Virus record (IMG/VR): IMGVR_UViG_3300009085_000027
Span: 9,935-73,934 of that record
Origin: a virus
Length of the DNA: 64,000 nucleotides
Reading direction: 5' to 3' (one strand)
Under the pieces are notes generated by a model, which was given only the letters and a program-made list of their open reading frames with translations, did not search any database and was not told where the DNA came from. The position numbers and the translations under genes are program-made. Positions 48,292 through 57,476 of the stretch are shown here, piece after piece (position 1 is the stretch's first letter; every line of letters starts with the position of its first letter).

Positions 48292-48948
48292 TCAGTGGGA
48301 CAAAGCAGCGGCTGGGGCGAACCTATCAATGGCTCGCTCCATCAGCTTCTTCCCTGCCAGTGATGCTGGGCTAATCCCTGGCACGGGGACTGGTTGAAGC
48401 GGGATCTGTTCGGGGTTTCGGATCAAGGCCTTTCCACCGGTACGTACGGCCTTCTTCAGTGGGGCCGGTATACCAGCGGTGGCCTTGTGTAGTTTGCGCT
48501 CCAGCGGGGCTTCTACCCTCCGCATCCCACGAGTCACTGACTTCTGCAGCCTGGCCAGCTCCTCTGGGCTTCGGTGTTTCATCAGAAGTCTTGGTGTGGA
48601 CTTGATCACCTTACCGACACCAGGGAGGTCCTCGACATCCGTAGCAGCTAGTCGGGTCAGGCGCTCAATCAGTGCAAGTTTGTCGGCACTGTACTTGTCA
48701 TTCGGCAGCTGGGGGTCGTAGTTCGTAGTCATCCGACTCATCGGGGGTCGGGCGTAGGAAGACCGCGGTGGTCTGTCCTGCGCGTTCTGTTGCCGAGGCC
48801 TAGTGCTGTCGGTGTCGTACACCGTTTTATTCAGACCAGCACGGCGATCTCTGGACAAAGGGTCCTTGCTGTTGAGTTCGGCGTTGTTGCTCTCCACCGC
48901 TTCCATCACGTTCTTGGCGAAGGACCGAAAGATGGGCTGTTCAATCAT
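48292..48948 (-). CDS. hypothetical basic protein
   Basis: ATGA overlap with the SNF2 gene; internal DKLA motif. Confidence 0.7.
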   Translation of the reverse strand: MIEQPIFRSFAKNVMEAVESNNAELNSKDPLSRDRRAGLNKTVYDTDSTRPRQQNAQDRPPRSSYARPPMSRMTTNYDPQLPNDKYSADKLALIERLTRLAATDVEDLPGVGKVIKSTPRLLMKHRSPEELARLQKSVTRGMRRVEAPLERKLHKATAGIPAPLKKAVRTGGKALIRNPEQIPLQPVPVPGISPASLAGKKLMERAIDRFAPAAALSH

Positions 48949-50411
48949 GGGGCCTCAGCTGCGAGCAGTTCTCGGACCTGTTGGTTCAACTGGTCCTTGT
49001 TTGCAGACATCGTACGCAGGTACTCGTCGACACCACCAGGTCGCTTGGCCCCAAAGAACTTCTTGATACCCCTGGGATTGGGGAGGGTGCTGACGTAGTG
49101 CTCGACATCCACGGTACGTTGGTCCTCGGGGAGCTTGGCATGGGACTGATACCGAATACCGCGGCCGATCACCTGCTCGAGCTTTTCCTTATTCCAGTGT
49201 GGATCCAGGACTTGAATCTGTCTGGTTCCTTTGAGATCCAGGCCCTCGCCACCGGCACTGCTCAGGAGAAGGGCTCGGAGTTTCCCAGCGTTGTAAGCGT
49301 CCACGGTCTCCTGGCGCTGACGCTTTGCCATGGCCCCAGTGAACTTTCCGTACGGGATGTTCTTGGCCTTCAGCATCGACTCATACGGCGAGATCCCTGA
49401 CTCCAAGAAGTTGGAGTAGACCAAGGCCTTGTGCTCCGGGTTCTTCTCGATGGCCTTGCTCAACCTGGTAAATGCCTCTTGCATCTTGGGGCTGAGCTTC
49501 GCGGCTCCTTCGGGATCGATGCCTTCGACGAATCCACCCGGTGACACCGCCACCTGGCGGGCCGCACCGAGGAAGGCATTGAGCTGCTTGGACTCCGCCT
49601 TGGACGGCGGCAATCCGCGCTTGACCTTGCGACGCACCCAGGCCGGGGCCTGACCCATCAAGGACTCGTAGACCTCCCGCTGCTTATCCCCCATGGTGGT
49701 CTCCACCACAGTGTCCTTGCGGGTTGGGAAATCCGGACCAGCGACGTTCTCGTGGTAGTCCACCCACTTCTTCAGCGCCTTGCCCAGCTCCGCCTTGTTC
49801 TTGAGCTCGGGAATACTACCCGGCTTGATGCCACGGAAGACACGATCAATAAGACCGGGGTTCACCTGTCGAGACCCTATGTAGCGGTTCTCGAACTCAG
49901 CCCTGTCCTGCGGGAACACCGAATCACCAGCCGCGACATTGACGAGGCTGGCCAGGTCATAAGGTCGGTTGTAAAGCGGGGTTCCGGTGAGAAGTAGGCG
50001 TTTCTTCGCCGTCGACTTGCGAGCTGCGTGCTGAGCCTTGGTTCCTGGGTCCCGCAGCCTATGGGCCTCATCGATCACCAAGAGATCTCCCCCAGGTAGT
50101 TCTCCGGAACGCGAGGCACGTTGAAGACTCTCCACCTTGTACTTGGCGTGGTCCTCACCGAGATGCTTTGCCATCTCCTTTCGGTAGTTGGCCTGCAAGG
50201 CCGCAGGAACCACCACCGTAGCCGGACCACCCAGCTCCTCTGCAGCAGCCAGGCTGCTCAGGGTCTTCCCGGACCCAACGCCATGGGCCACGACCAATCC
50301 GGGCTGAGACTTGATCCGCTGAACCACCCTCTTCTGGTGGGGTTTCAGCTCTGTGATTACTTCAGCCGTCTTCTCTGCGATTAGGCGAAGCGCGATTCGT
50401 ACTGGGTCCAT
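48945..50411 (-). CDS. SNF2-family helicase/translocase
   Basis: LKPHQ, HGVGSGKT, IDEAH, LTGTPLYN, GGEGLDL, DPHWN, QVIGRGIR. Confidence 0.93.
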   Translation of the reverse strand: MDPVRIALRLIAEKTAEVITELKPHQKRVVQRIKSQPGLVVAHGVGSGKTLSSLAAAEELGGPATVVVPAALQANYRKEMAKHLGEDHAKYKVESLQRASRSGELPGGDLLVIDEAHRLRDPGTKAQHAARKSTAKKRLLLTGTPLYNRPYDLASLVNVAAGDSVFPQDRAEFENRYIGSRQVNPGLIDRVFRGIKPGSIPELKNKAELGKALKKWVDYHENVAGPDFPTRKDTVVETTMGDKQREVYESLMGQAPAWVRRKVKRGLPPSKAESKQLNAFLGAARQVAVSPGGFVEGIDPEGAAKLSPKMQEAFTRLSKAIEKNPEHKALVYSNFLESGISPYESMLKAKNIPYGKFTGAMAKRQRQETVDAYNAGKLRALLLSSAGGEGLDLKGTRQIQVLDPHWNKEKLEQVIGRGIRYQSHAKLPEDQRTVDVEHYVSTLPNPRGIKKFFGAKRPGGVDEYLRTMSANKDQLNQQVRELLAAEAP

Positions 50412-50413
50412 GG

Positions 50414-51376
50414 CTATGACGTTCTGATCGCGAAGTCCACAACAGGTTCTTGAATACCGAACTCGTCCTCCACGACCAGACTAGGATCCAAAAGATCAAC
50501 ACTGTCACCTGTGGTTGGAATCTGAAGTCTACGAACAAACCCGGTGCCATCGACCGACATGTCGAGAGTCATACCGCGAAGCAGCCTGATCTCTGCATAG
50601 CCATTGGTATCGGTAGCGACTTGTGAGTAGTGACGGAAAATACCCCAGCGCCTGGAGTCATCCATCACAGTGTTGGGTAGGAACGGGTTCGAGAACGTGA
50701 TGCAGCGACCAACCAGGGGAGACCCCGAGAGGTCGCAGAGCCGGAGGAAACAAGGAATGGTCTGGTCCGAAGAGACGGACTGTGCGTGTAGGGCTGGGAA
50801 TGGAACCCCGACGCCAGAAGTCTGGAGCGTGACGTGGTGGAGGAACTCGACGCGGTACCAGTAGTCGCGGTGGCTGTTCTGGTCGGTGTAGAGGTAGTCG
50901 TGGACACCGGCTAGCAGGATGCTGTCAGCGTCCTTACCAATGGCGCAGTCCCCCTCCACAAACCCCAGAGATGGGTTGGCATCCCCGGACAGTATCTCGA
51001 TGCTCCCCAGTCTTCCGGTGAGCACGGAGGTCAGCTGCAGGGCCCCGCCGACGTCGGTGGCTACAACCAACGGGGTCGCCAGTGTGATAGCAGCGACGAC
51101 CTGGGCGGTGCTCACCGGGTCTGGATCGGTGAAGGTCACGTTGATATCACTGACCCCATTGACCTTGAAGCTCAGGGTCCTGCCATTGATCTGATGGGGC
51201 TCTACGCTACTGCCGAGTAGGACGGCGGCTGATGGGTACGTCGTGGTGACCGGCTCGTAGAGTCCGTACTGCCCCGACCGGCTACGATGCCACCTGAGTC
51301 GGCTATAGGTGGCCAGAGCCAAGGAGATCTCGGCCACGAAGTACTTGAGCTGGATGAGTTGGTTGGTGACTGCCAT
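50414..51376 (-). CDS. virion structural protein; C-terminus paralogous to part of 47355..48269
   Basis: TDTNGYAEIRLLR..RRLQIP..SVDLLD vs TDNTGYASVDLFR..REIAVP..AVNLND. Confidence 0.75.
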   Translation of the reverse strand: MAVTNQLIQLKYFVAEISLALATYSRLRWHRSRSGQYGLYEPVTTTYPSAAVLLGSSVEPHQINGRTLSFKVNGVSDINVTFTDPDPVSTAQVVAAITLATPLVVATDVGGALQLTSVLTGRLGSIEILSGDANPSLGFVEGDCAIGKDADSILLAGVHDYLYTDQNSHRDYWYRVEFLHHVTLQTSGVGVPFPALHAQSVSSDQTIPCFLRLCDLSGSPLVGRCITFSNPFLPNTVMDDSRRWGIFRHYSQVATDTNGYAEIRLLRGMTLDMSVDGTGFVRRLQIPTTGDSVDLLDPSLVVEDEFGIQEPVVDFAIRTS

Positions 51377-51378
51377 GG

Positions 51379-51585
51379 CTACTCGTCATCGGGGTGGAAT
51401 GAGGAATCCTCGGGATCGAACAGCGTGTTGGTACTAGGCACATCTGTGATGACGGCGGAGTCCAGGACTGGGGACGAGACTTCGACGAGGTCTCCAGCCA
51501 CGATCTGAAGTGTGAACCTCGGGTTGAGGTCGGAGGACACCACAATACCCTGGCGGGCCAGACCTCCTGTGAGTGTGGTCATCAC
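51379..51585 (-). CDS. small hypothetical protein
   Basis: Coupled; fills the gap. Confidence 0.6.
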   Translation of the reverse strand: MMTTLTGGLARQGIVVSSDLNPRFTLQIVAGDLVEVSSPVLDSAVITDVPSTNTLFDPEDSSFHPDDE

Positions 51586-52061
51586 AGTATTGGGGCCTTT
51601 CGCTTGGTCTGTACGCCGGGCTGGGTCGTGACCGGGTCGGTGGGTGGCCCCTCGTCAGACTCCAGGGGCCAGCGCTGGAGGGTCGTGGTGCCGTCATCGT
51701 CGTAGAGCACGAGCTCCTGGGCTGTGAGGTCCACCTCCAGACGGTTCACAGCGGTCTTCTGCAGCAAGGCCACTGCCTTGAGGGGGTCGTACTCCCCGAC
51801 CTCCACGAAGGCCTCCATGACGTCCTGGAACGGGGTGGTGACGGTGAGATACCAGCGGCCTGCGTCGTTCGGTGTGAACTCCACGGTGTAGTACCCGCTC
51901 CCAACCTCGGACACCACCACGGGTTGGGCCGAGACGGCATCTTCGAGGATCAGAGTCTTGGTGAATGCGGCGTTGAGTAGTCCGGTGACTGGTGTGATGC
52001 CGTCGACATCAGTGACCAAGAACGGGATCTTGACAGGTTCATTGACGCCTGCAGTGAACAT
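51582..52061 (-). CDS. hypothetical structural protein
   Basis: Beta-rich; TGG-TAGACT 6 nt before ATG. Confidence 0.7.
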   Translation of the reverse strand: MFTAGVNEPVKIPFLVTDVDGITPVTGLLNAAFTKTLILEDAVSAQPVVVSEVGSGYYTVEFTPNDAGRWYLTVTTPFQDVMEAFVEVGEYDPLKAVALLQKTAVNRLEVDLTAQELVLYDDDGTTTLQRWPLESDEGPPTDPVTTQPGVQTKRKAPIL

Positions 52062-52100
52062 GGCTGTAGTCTACCAGGTCATGGCTGGGCGGGGCAGCCC

Positions 52101-52790
52101 TCAGCGATAGCCCCGAGCCATGAGGTACTCGAACAGCTCAGTTCCGGGGTCGGACTTCGATGCCGAGACATGGAAGTGGCCGAGCACACCCCTGAAACGG
52201 GCGAGCTCAGCCGGGCGCAACGTACCTGTCCGGAGCTTCCCATCGATCCCGATCGGGACACGCCTGGGGATACTGGGTACAGCGGCGGTCACGGTGTTGA
52301 GCAGTGTGGTGTAGGCCTCGAGCTGTTTAGGGTAGAAATGGGCGAGCTCCCGCTTCTTGCCATGCAGCACGGTTTGGTAGGTGCCTCGGTTGAGACCACG
52401 GGGTGGAGGGGCATCTCGTCCTGGACCCGTGAAACCGTAGCAGACGGCCTCACAACCAAAGCTACGCTTGTTGACCGTGCCAGCATCAAAGGTGTCAATG
52501 AGCATGGGATCACAGAACTGCCAAATCACGCTGTCTGCGTCGAGCCCGAACTCGACCCCCAGTTCTCGGTTGTCCAGCACACGCACAAGCGTCTCGATGT
52601 CATTCTCCCCGCCGGTCCAGTGGCAGACGAAGAGGTCCGGTACAATCTTTGGTGACCTGCGTCGTGAACCCTCTCCGACCTTGAAGTCAATACCGCTGTC
52701 AGCAAACTGCACGACGGGCCAGTTGCAGACGTACTTCTTGCCGCCAATGATCAGATAGTCGCGCTTCGGGTACTTCTCGTGATCAAACAT
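52101..52790 (-). CDS. N-acetylmuramoyl-L-alanine amidase (Amidase_2), probable endolysin
   Basis: FVCHWT, IWQF, NKRSFGCE, VLGHF, KSDPG; TGATG overlap with patatin. Confidence 0.88.
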   Translation of the reverse strand: MFDHEKYPKRDYLIIGGKKYVCNWPVVQFADSGIDFKVGEGSRRRSPKIVPDLFVCHWTGGENDIETLVRVLDNRELGVEFGLDADSVIWQFCDPMLIDTFDAGTVNKRSFGCEAVCYGFTGPGRDAPPPRGLNRGTYQTVLHGKKRELAHFYPKQLEAYTTLLNTVTAAVPSIPRRVPIGIDGKLRTGTLRPAELARFRGVLGHFHVSASKSDPGTELFEYLMARGYR

Positions 52791-53677
52791 CACCACCCCG
52801 CGTCAACGGCGTCAGAGTAGCCGCGCTTCATGTTGGTCCTGATGCTGGAAGGGCTGAAGTCCAGGGGATCACCAAGGGAAGACTTAGGTCGAAGTACACG
52901 GACCTTGATCTCAGCCTTATCCGGAGCAGACCCGGTCTTCGCCAGTCGGTTGTAGAGTTCCACGACCTTGAGATCCCAGTACTCGATCTCAAAGATTGCG
53001 GCCTCGAGACTACGGATGCCGACATCAACTCCGGTGCGTGGTCTCGAAGGTTCTGGTGTCGACGGAGAGCACATCAAGACGTCGATCTCCGTGGCTCCGG
53101 CGAGAATGGCGGATTCCACAGGGGTGACCTCGCGAACACCATCGTCGGTGTAGAGCCCGTACCCGATTGGAACCGGCGGAAAAGCCACGGGTACAGCGGC
53201 AGAAGCCAACACGGCGTGACGAAGCTCGAAGACATCACCCTGGTCCCACTGATGGGAAGACCCCGTGATGAGATCTACGGCACCGACCCTAAGCTCTCTT
53301 CCGCTAGCCAGCACCGCTATGGGATCCAGGTTCTTCACAATCAGATTCCACAACGGGTCAGTGGAATACATCGAAGTCTTACCACCGAGCCAGGATGGCA
53401 AAACAACAGGAAGCCTGCCGAGTAGTCCCCACCACCACCTCTTGTAGATCGAGCGATTCCCGCGAATGCCCAACCACAGAGCACGTAGACCCGCCACGGC
53501 TTTGGCCTCTTCACCAACCCTGTATTGGGCCAGGGCCGCGGCATTGAGAGCTCCTACACTGGTCCCAGTCACCACGCCGTACGCCGCGTCACCCTCGACG
53601 AGTCGTTGTAGCGCGCCGACCTGCCAAGCCCCCTTGGCGCCCCCACCACTCAGAACCAGCCCACGCGTTTTGGACAT
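52790..53677 (-). CDS. patatin-like phospholipase
   Basis: LVLSGGGAKGAWQVG, GTSVG, LASAAVP..FP, YTDDG; likely start MSKTRG at 53677. Confidence 0.92.
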   Translation of the reverse strand: MSKTRGLVLSGGGAKGAWQVGALQRLVEGDAAYGVVTGTSVGALNAAALAQYRVGEEAKAVAGLRALWLGIRGNRSIYKRWWWGLLGRLPVVLPSWLGGKTSMYSTDPLWNLIVKNLDPIAVLASGRELRVGAVDLITGSSHQWDQGDVFELRHAVLASAAVPVAFPPVPIGYGLYTDDGVREVTPVESAILAGATEIDVLMCSPSTPEPSRPRTGVDVGIRSLEAAIFEIEYWDLKVVELYNRLAKTGSAPDKAEIKVRVLRPKSSLGDPLDFSPSSIRTNMKRGYSDAVDAGW

Positions 53678-53717
53678 GACCCAGGCTACCATGCCTGCTG
53701 CCAGCCCCAGAACACCC

Positions 53718-53837
53718 CTACCTGGGCTTGGGCACAACTACCTTGTGGCTGGACACAAACTGAACCTTGATGGTTTTCTTCGGAGGTTCCGGTGTCAGGT
53801 CCCGTACCTTGGGTTTGGACTTCGACTTCTTACCCAT
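53718..53837 (-). CDS. small Lys/Pro-rich basic protein (39 aa)
   Basis: MGKKSKSKPKVRDLTPEPPKKTIKVQFVSSHKVVVPKPR; GGTGA RBS and upstream TATAGT. Confidence 0.55.
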   Translation of the reverse strand: MGKKSKSKPKVRDLTPEPPKKTIKVQFVSSHKVVVPKPR

Positions 53838-53880
53838 TCATCACCCAGCCCTTTACAGACTATACAACAACCCGATGTGG

Positions 53881-56800
53881 TCAGAGCTTGTGGTTCTCCC
53901 AGAACCCTACCAGCAGATCGCGAACCTCTGGTGCAAAGTGCTGGCGGTGTGAGGCAAGACCGCGAAGCTGAAGTCCGGCCTCCCCAACTGTCCACGTTTG
54001 GTTATCGGGGAACGCGAAGACAAGCGGGTCGTTCTGAAGCACAACCTTGGCCGGCTCCGTGGCGTTGACGATTATCGCCTTGACGGCTGCGTCCCCCGTC
54101 GTGAAGAAGTCGATCTCGACCAAGTATGAGTGAATCGTGTCGGCGGCAAACCCGTTCACACGAACCTCGACGGTGTTGCCAGAACCAGATGCAATAACCC
54201 GCAGCCCGGTATCGTCGATGTAGATCGTCAACGGCTCGGTTCCAGTCTTGCCAATGACCCTGACTTCCCCAGAGGCCGGCGACTTCGCGACGAACGAGAC
54301 CGTGTACCCATCGATCATTGACGGGTTCTTTCCCTGGCCCGGAACAAGGGGTGCGTCAAAGCTGTGCAGAGTTGTCTGGAGGGCGGTGGCGGTAAAGACC
54401 ACGAGGCGATCTTCTGGGACCAGCGTCCCAAAGGGGGTGCCAGGGGCGGACGCATTGATCAGGTTGTAGAACCGCCTTGAGATGTTGGCGTCATCAGCAA
54501 GCCGATAGTTCACCCTGTTAGCCCAGTGGCCAATGAGGGGAGCGGTCGAGGCTTCGCCATCGTCGAGCAGGTAGCAGTCCTCGGCGAAGCCGAAGTTCTC
54601 CGGTTTCGTGTCGACGGACAGATCCTTGTAGCTCTCCAGCAGGTCTTGGAGAGCTTGGCGAAAGACCTCTGGATAGATCGTGTTGTGCGCGGAGAAGCTA
54701 CGGTACGCGATCCCGAAGACCGGATAGCCCTGCATCGACACCGGTAGCTGCACTGCACCAGCAATACTCACCACCACGCCGGGAATCAAGACACCGTCGA
54801 TGTAGACCGCCTTGAAGATGCCGTAGGCCGCCTCGTTGAAGTCCAGCTCACAGAGATAGGTCTTGACGATGGAGTTGTCCGCCAGCCCGTCGTCGAACTC
54901 CATCGTGACGTGGCTGCCGGGAAAGGTGTAGTCCTGGATGTGAAAGATCAACTTACCATTGTTGAGCCGCACGTCGAATACGTACGGATTTATACCCATC
55001 CAGCTGGTGAGCACCTCACCCTGGGACAACGGAAGGCCGACCACTTTGCCGACCCACGTGAGCGTCATGCGGGGGGCCAACCGGAGGAACGGCCGTAGCT
55101 GCCAGTCGTATCGGAGGAACGGCCTTGGCTCCGCCGTGAGGATGGCCCTGCCTTCGCTACCGGATGACAAGTCCAGGTTTCCCGCGCCGCCGTAGTACGC
55201 TCCACTCCAGTAGTAGATCTGGGCGTCGACCAACGAAACTCCGAAAGCCCGCTGGTCATACTTCACGGCTATTTGGACCCTGGGCCAGTACGTGATGGAG
55301 CGGGCCGCAATCGTGGCGGCGTCGTCGGTCCCGACCAACTCGGCCACCTGCTCCGCCGCAATCATGTCGATGTCGACGATCCCGGCCCAGTACCCGATGA
55401 TCGCGGCCTCGACCTGTAGCTTGTCGGTGGACCCATTGCCGAACACATGCAGTGTGGAGGTCGCGGCCCCCGACTCGGGGGCCGAATCAAAGCTGCCGCT
55501 CGCGACCACAGACCGAACGCCCGCGATGTCGATCGTCTCGATCAGATACTCGGGCGAGCCTCCGTAGTTCAGCTGGATGACGACGCCACCAACACCCTCG
55601 AAATCGAACGCTACGTCCAGCACTATGCCGCTGAGCTTGCGGACGATGACGTGTAGCTGCCCGTCGAGGTAGCCGAAGAAGAAACCGCGACCGAGGCCCG
55701 GAGGGATTGTCGACAGGAGCCCGCTCCCGTACAGCGCCCCACGAACTGGCGGGAAGTAGCCCGCAAAGTAGATCGTGACGGGGCCGCCGTTGTGCATCAA
55801 GTCCTGGTCCGCCGACCCCGTTGAGGCATTGCCGATCCAGTTGAAGGCGGTGCGTAACACGACGGGAGAAACGAATCCGGAAAGGCCGTTGGCGACATTG
55901 TGGGCCGCGGTTTCTAAGCCGTTCGTGCTCCAGGCGCTGGAAGGGAACGCGATTGGTGACAGAGTTGCGTATGACGATAGCCGCCCAGGCCAGTAGGTAC
56001 GCAGGCCCGCCAACGGAAGTGTCCCCGATAAGACCCCGCCTGTTGTGCGTCCGCTCTCCAGAAACGCCACCAGGTCAGCGACCTGATCGCTGTTCGGCAG
56101 GTCTTCGATCATGAACAGTTTGTTGAAGATCAGGTTTCCGTAGACCTTCGGCCCCACCGTGATGTACTTCACCAGCGTAGGCGTCTCATAAGCAACGGTT
56201 CTCGCGCCAAACCCTGCGCCGTCGAGCGTCTTGTCTGAAACACCGTCGATGATCAATGTTGGGATGTGGGCGTCGGCATCCGCGCCGTTGAAGTCGACCT
56301 GGACCAAGAAGCTGTGCGGAACCCCTGTGACGAGAGGCTCGGACTGCGCCGCGTTGTGCTCGGTCTCGACACGAATGCGGCCATCCTCGGTGAGAGCGAC
56401 TGTGACCGCTCCCACCGAGTAGATCCCCTGCACTGTATCCAGTGGCAAGATGATGCCGCCGACCGTCAATGACGAAACCACCGCTCTGGGTACGGCGCCG
56501 TCGATTCTCGTCGGGGTGTTACCCGATCCCAGGTATGTGAAGGCGTTGCCGTCGACCTTGAACCTCTTGTTCGCCGTGCCGTAGAAGTACAGGTCGGACG
56601 GTCGGGTGACGAGTTGCACAAAGTCGTCCGTTACGGCCGGCTCTGGCGACTCCAGGTAGTCGGTGACTTGGCTGAACCTGAGTGGAGCCGGAATCTCCGC
56701 GCCGCGGAGTTGATCCGACCAGTATTCACCGACCGCAAGCATCTCTTCGTCGGTGAGCAACCCCTCGTGAATGCTGACCCCACGGAGGAGCCCGAATATC

Positions 56801-57459
56801 GTGTAGTAAGGGGCCGAAAAGGTTCCGTAGCCGAGTGTCACGGTGTGGGCCGCGGTGAAGGGACCGGGCACGGGTGGCGTGTACGCCAGCAAGGCAGCGG
56901 TCATCAACCCGTCGGGGCCGTACAGCGGGTTGAGCACGGGCGTGGAGTTCACGAAGCTGACGCGCATCCCAACGACCCGGTATCGTGGGTTGATTTCGGA
57001 GAACTGAATCGCCCCAAAATGCCCGAAGCTGTCTGGAACGTCTGATGCGAAGGCGTTGACAAACTCGCTACCGTTTTGCTCGAAAAACGCGGCGGTCGGG
57101 CCACCAAAGGTTCCGCCTGACCTGTCCGCGACCGACACCAAAGACCCGCCGAAGTTTTCGACTGCGGCGGCGAAGATCGTGAGGTCCGTTCCAGTGAACC
57201 CCAGGAGCGATGTCATCGCATCGGCTGCCTGCTCGAAACGAATCGCCTGCCGCCCGTTGTAAATCCGGGAGATGGCGAGCCCCGTTGCGTCCCCTTCGCT
57301 TCCCAGATTGGCGATCGTGGTTGCCCTGTTGTTGACGTCCCGTTCGAGGTTAGCTTCGTCGGCGACATACCAGTGTCGACACAGGCCGATCTCGCCTGGT
57401 GTGATAATCTGTGACCGATTGTACGGTCCTTTCCATGCTGTGATCGCGGGGACTGACAT
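53881..57459 (-). CDS. large multi-module (LamG/ConA-like) putative receptor-binding protein, paralog 1
   Basis: About five beta-sandwich modules each closed by a short helix (LTDEEMLAVGEYW); full-length paralog of the next gene. Confidence 0.75.
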   Translation of the reverse strand: MSVPAITAWKGPYNRSQIITPGEIGLCRHWYVADEANLERDVNNRATTIANLGSEGDATGLAISRIYNGRQAIRFEQAADAMTSLLGFTGTDLTIFAAAVENFGGSLVSVADRSGGTFGGPTAAFFEQNGSEFVNAFASDVPDSFGHFGAIQFSEINPRYRVVGMRVSFVNSTPVLNPLYGPDGLMTAALLAYTPPVPGPFTAAHTVTLGYGTFSAPYYTIFGLLRGVSIHEGLLTDEEMLAVGEYWSDQLRGAEIPAPLRFSQVTDYLESPEPAVTDDFVQLVTRPSDLYFYGTANKRFKVDGNAFTYLGSGNTPTRIDGAVPRAVVSSLTVGGIILPLDTVQGIYSVGAVTVALTEDGRIRVETEHNAAQSEPLVTGVPHSFLVQVDFNGADADAHIPTLIIDGVSDKTLDGAGFGARTVAYETPTLVKYITVGPKVYGNLIFNKLFMIEDLPNSDQVADLVAFLESGRTTGGVLSGTLPLAGLRTYWPGRLSSYATLSPIAFPSSAWSTNGLETAAHNVANGLSGFVSPVVLRTAFNWIGNASTGSADQDLMHNGGPVTIYFAGYFPPVRGALYGSGLLSTIPPGLGRGFFFGYLDGQLHVIVRKLSGIVLDVAFDFEGVGGVVIQLNYGGSPEYLIETIDIAGVRSVVASGSFDSAPESGAATSTLHVFGNGSTDKLQVEAAIIGYWAGIVDIDMIAAEQVAELVGTDDAATIAARSITYWPRVQIAVKYDQRAFGVSLVDAQIYYWSGAYYGGAGNLDLSSGSEGRAILTAEPRPFLRYDWQLRPFLRLAPRMTLTWVGKVVGLPLSQGEVLTSWMGINPYVFDVRLNNGKLIFHIQDYTFPGSHVTMEFDDGLADNSIVKTYLCELDFNEAAYGIFKAVYIDGVLIPGVVVSIAGAVQLPVSMQGYPVFGIAYRSFSAHNTIYPEVFRQALQDLLESYKDLSVDTKPENFGFAEDCYLLDDGEASTAPLIGHWANRVNYRLADDANISRRFYNLINASAPGTPFGTLVPEDRLVVFTATALQTTLHSFDAPLVPGQGKNPSMIDGYTVSFVAKSPASGEVRVIGKTGTEPLTIYIDDTGLRVIASGSGNTVEVRVNGFAADTIHSYLVEIDFFTTGDAAVKAIIVNATEPAKVVLQNDPLVFAFPDNQTWTVGEAGLQLRGLASHRQHFAPEVRDLLVGFWENHKL
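56219..56379. repeat. near-identical direct repeat copy 1 (copy 2 at ~59821-59980)
   Basis: Long shared runs such as CCGTCGAGCGTCTTGTCTGAAACACCGTCGATGATCAATGTTGGGAT. Confidence 0.85.
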
Positions 57460-57476
57460 CTAACTCACCATTCCGG

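Noticed and set aside
20031-53160. A-to-I editing or recoding restoring catalytic motifs (AGG to GGG in DnaB, AAC to GAC in DnaG and RecA, GAT to GGT in patatin)
   Set aside because: G/A transitions are the commonest substitutions; other deviations (RecA GKD, UDG, primase EGFKA) are not fixable this way; no deaminase seen. RNA-versus-DNA sequencing would settle it.
52790-53677. CBASS defence operon
   Set aside because: No CD-NTase or Cap2/Cap3 neighbours
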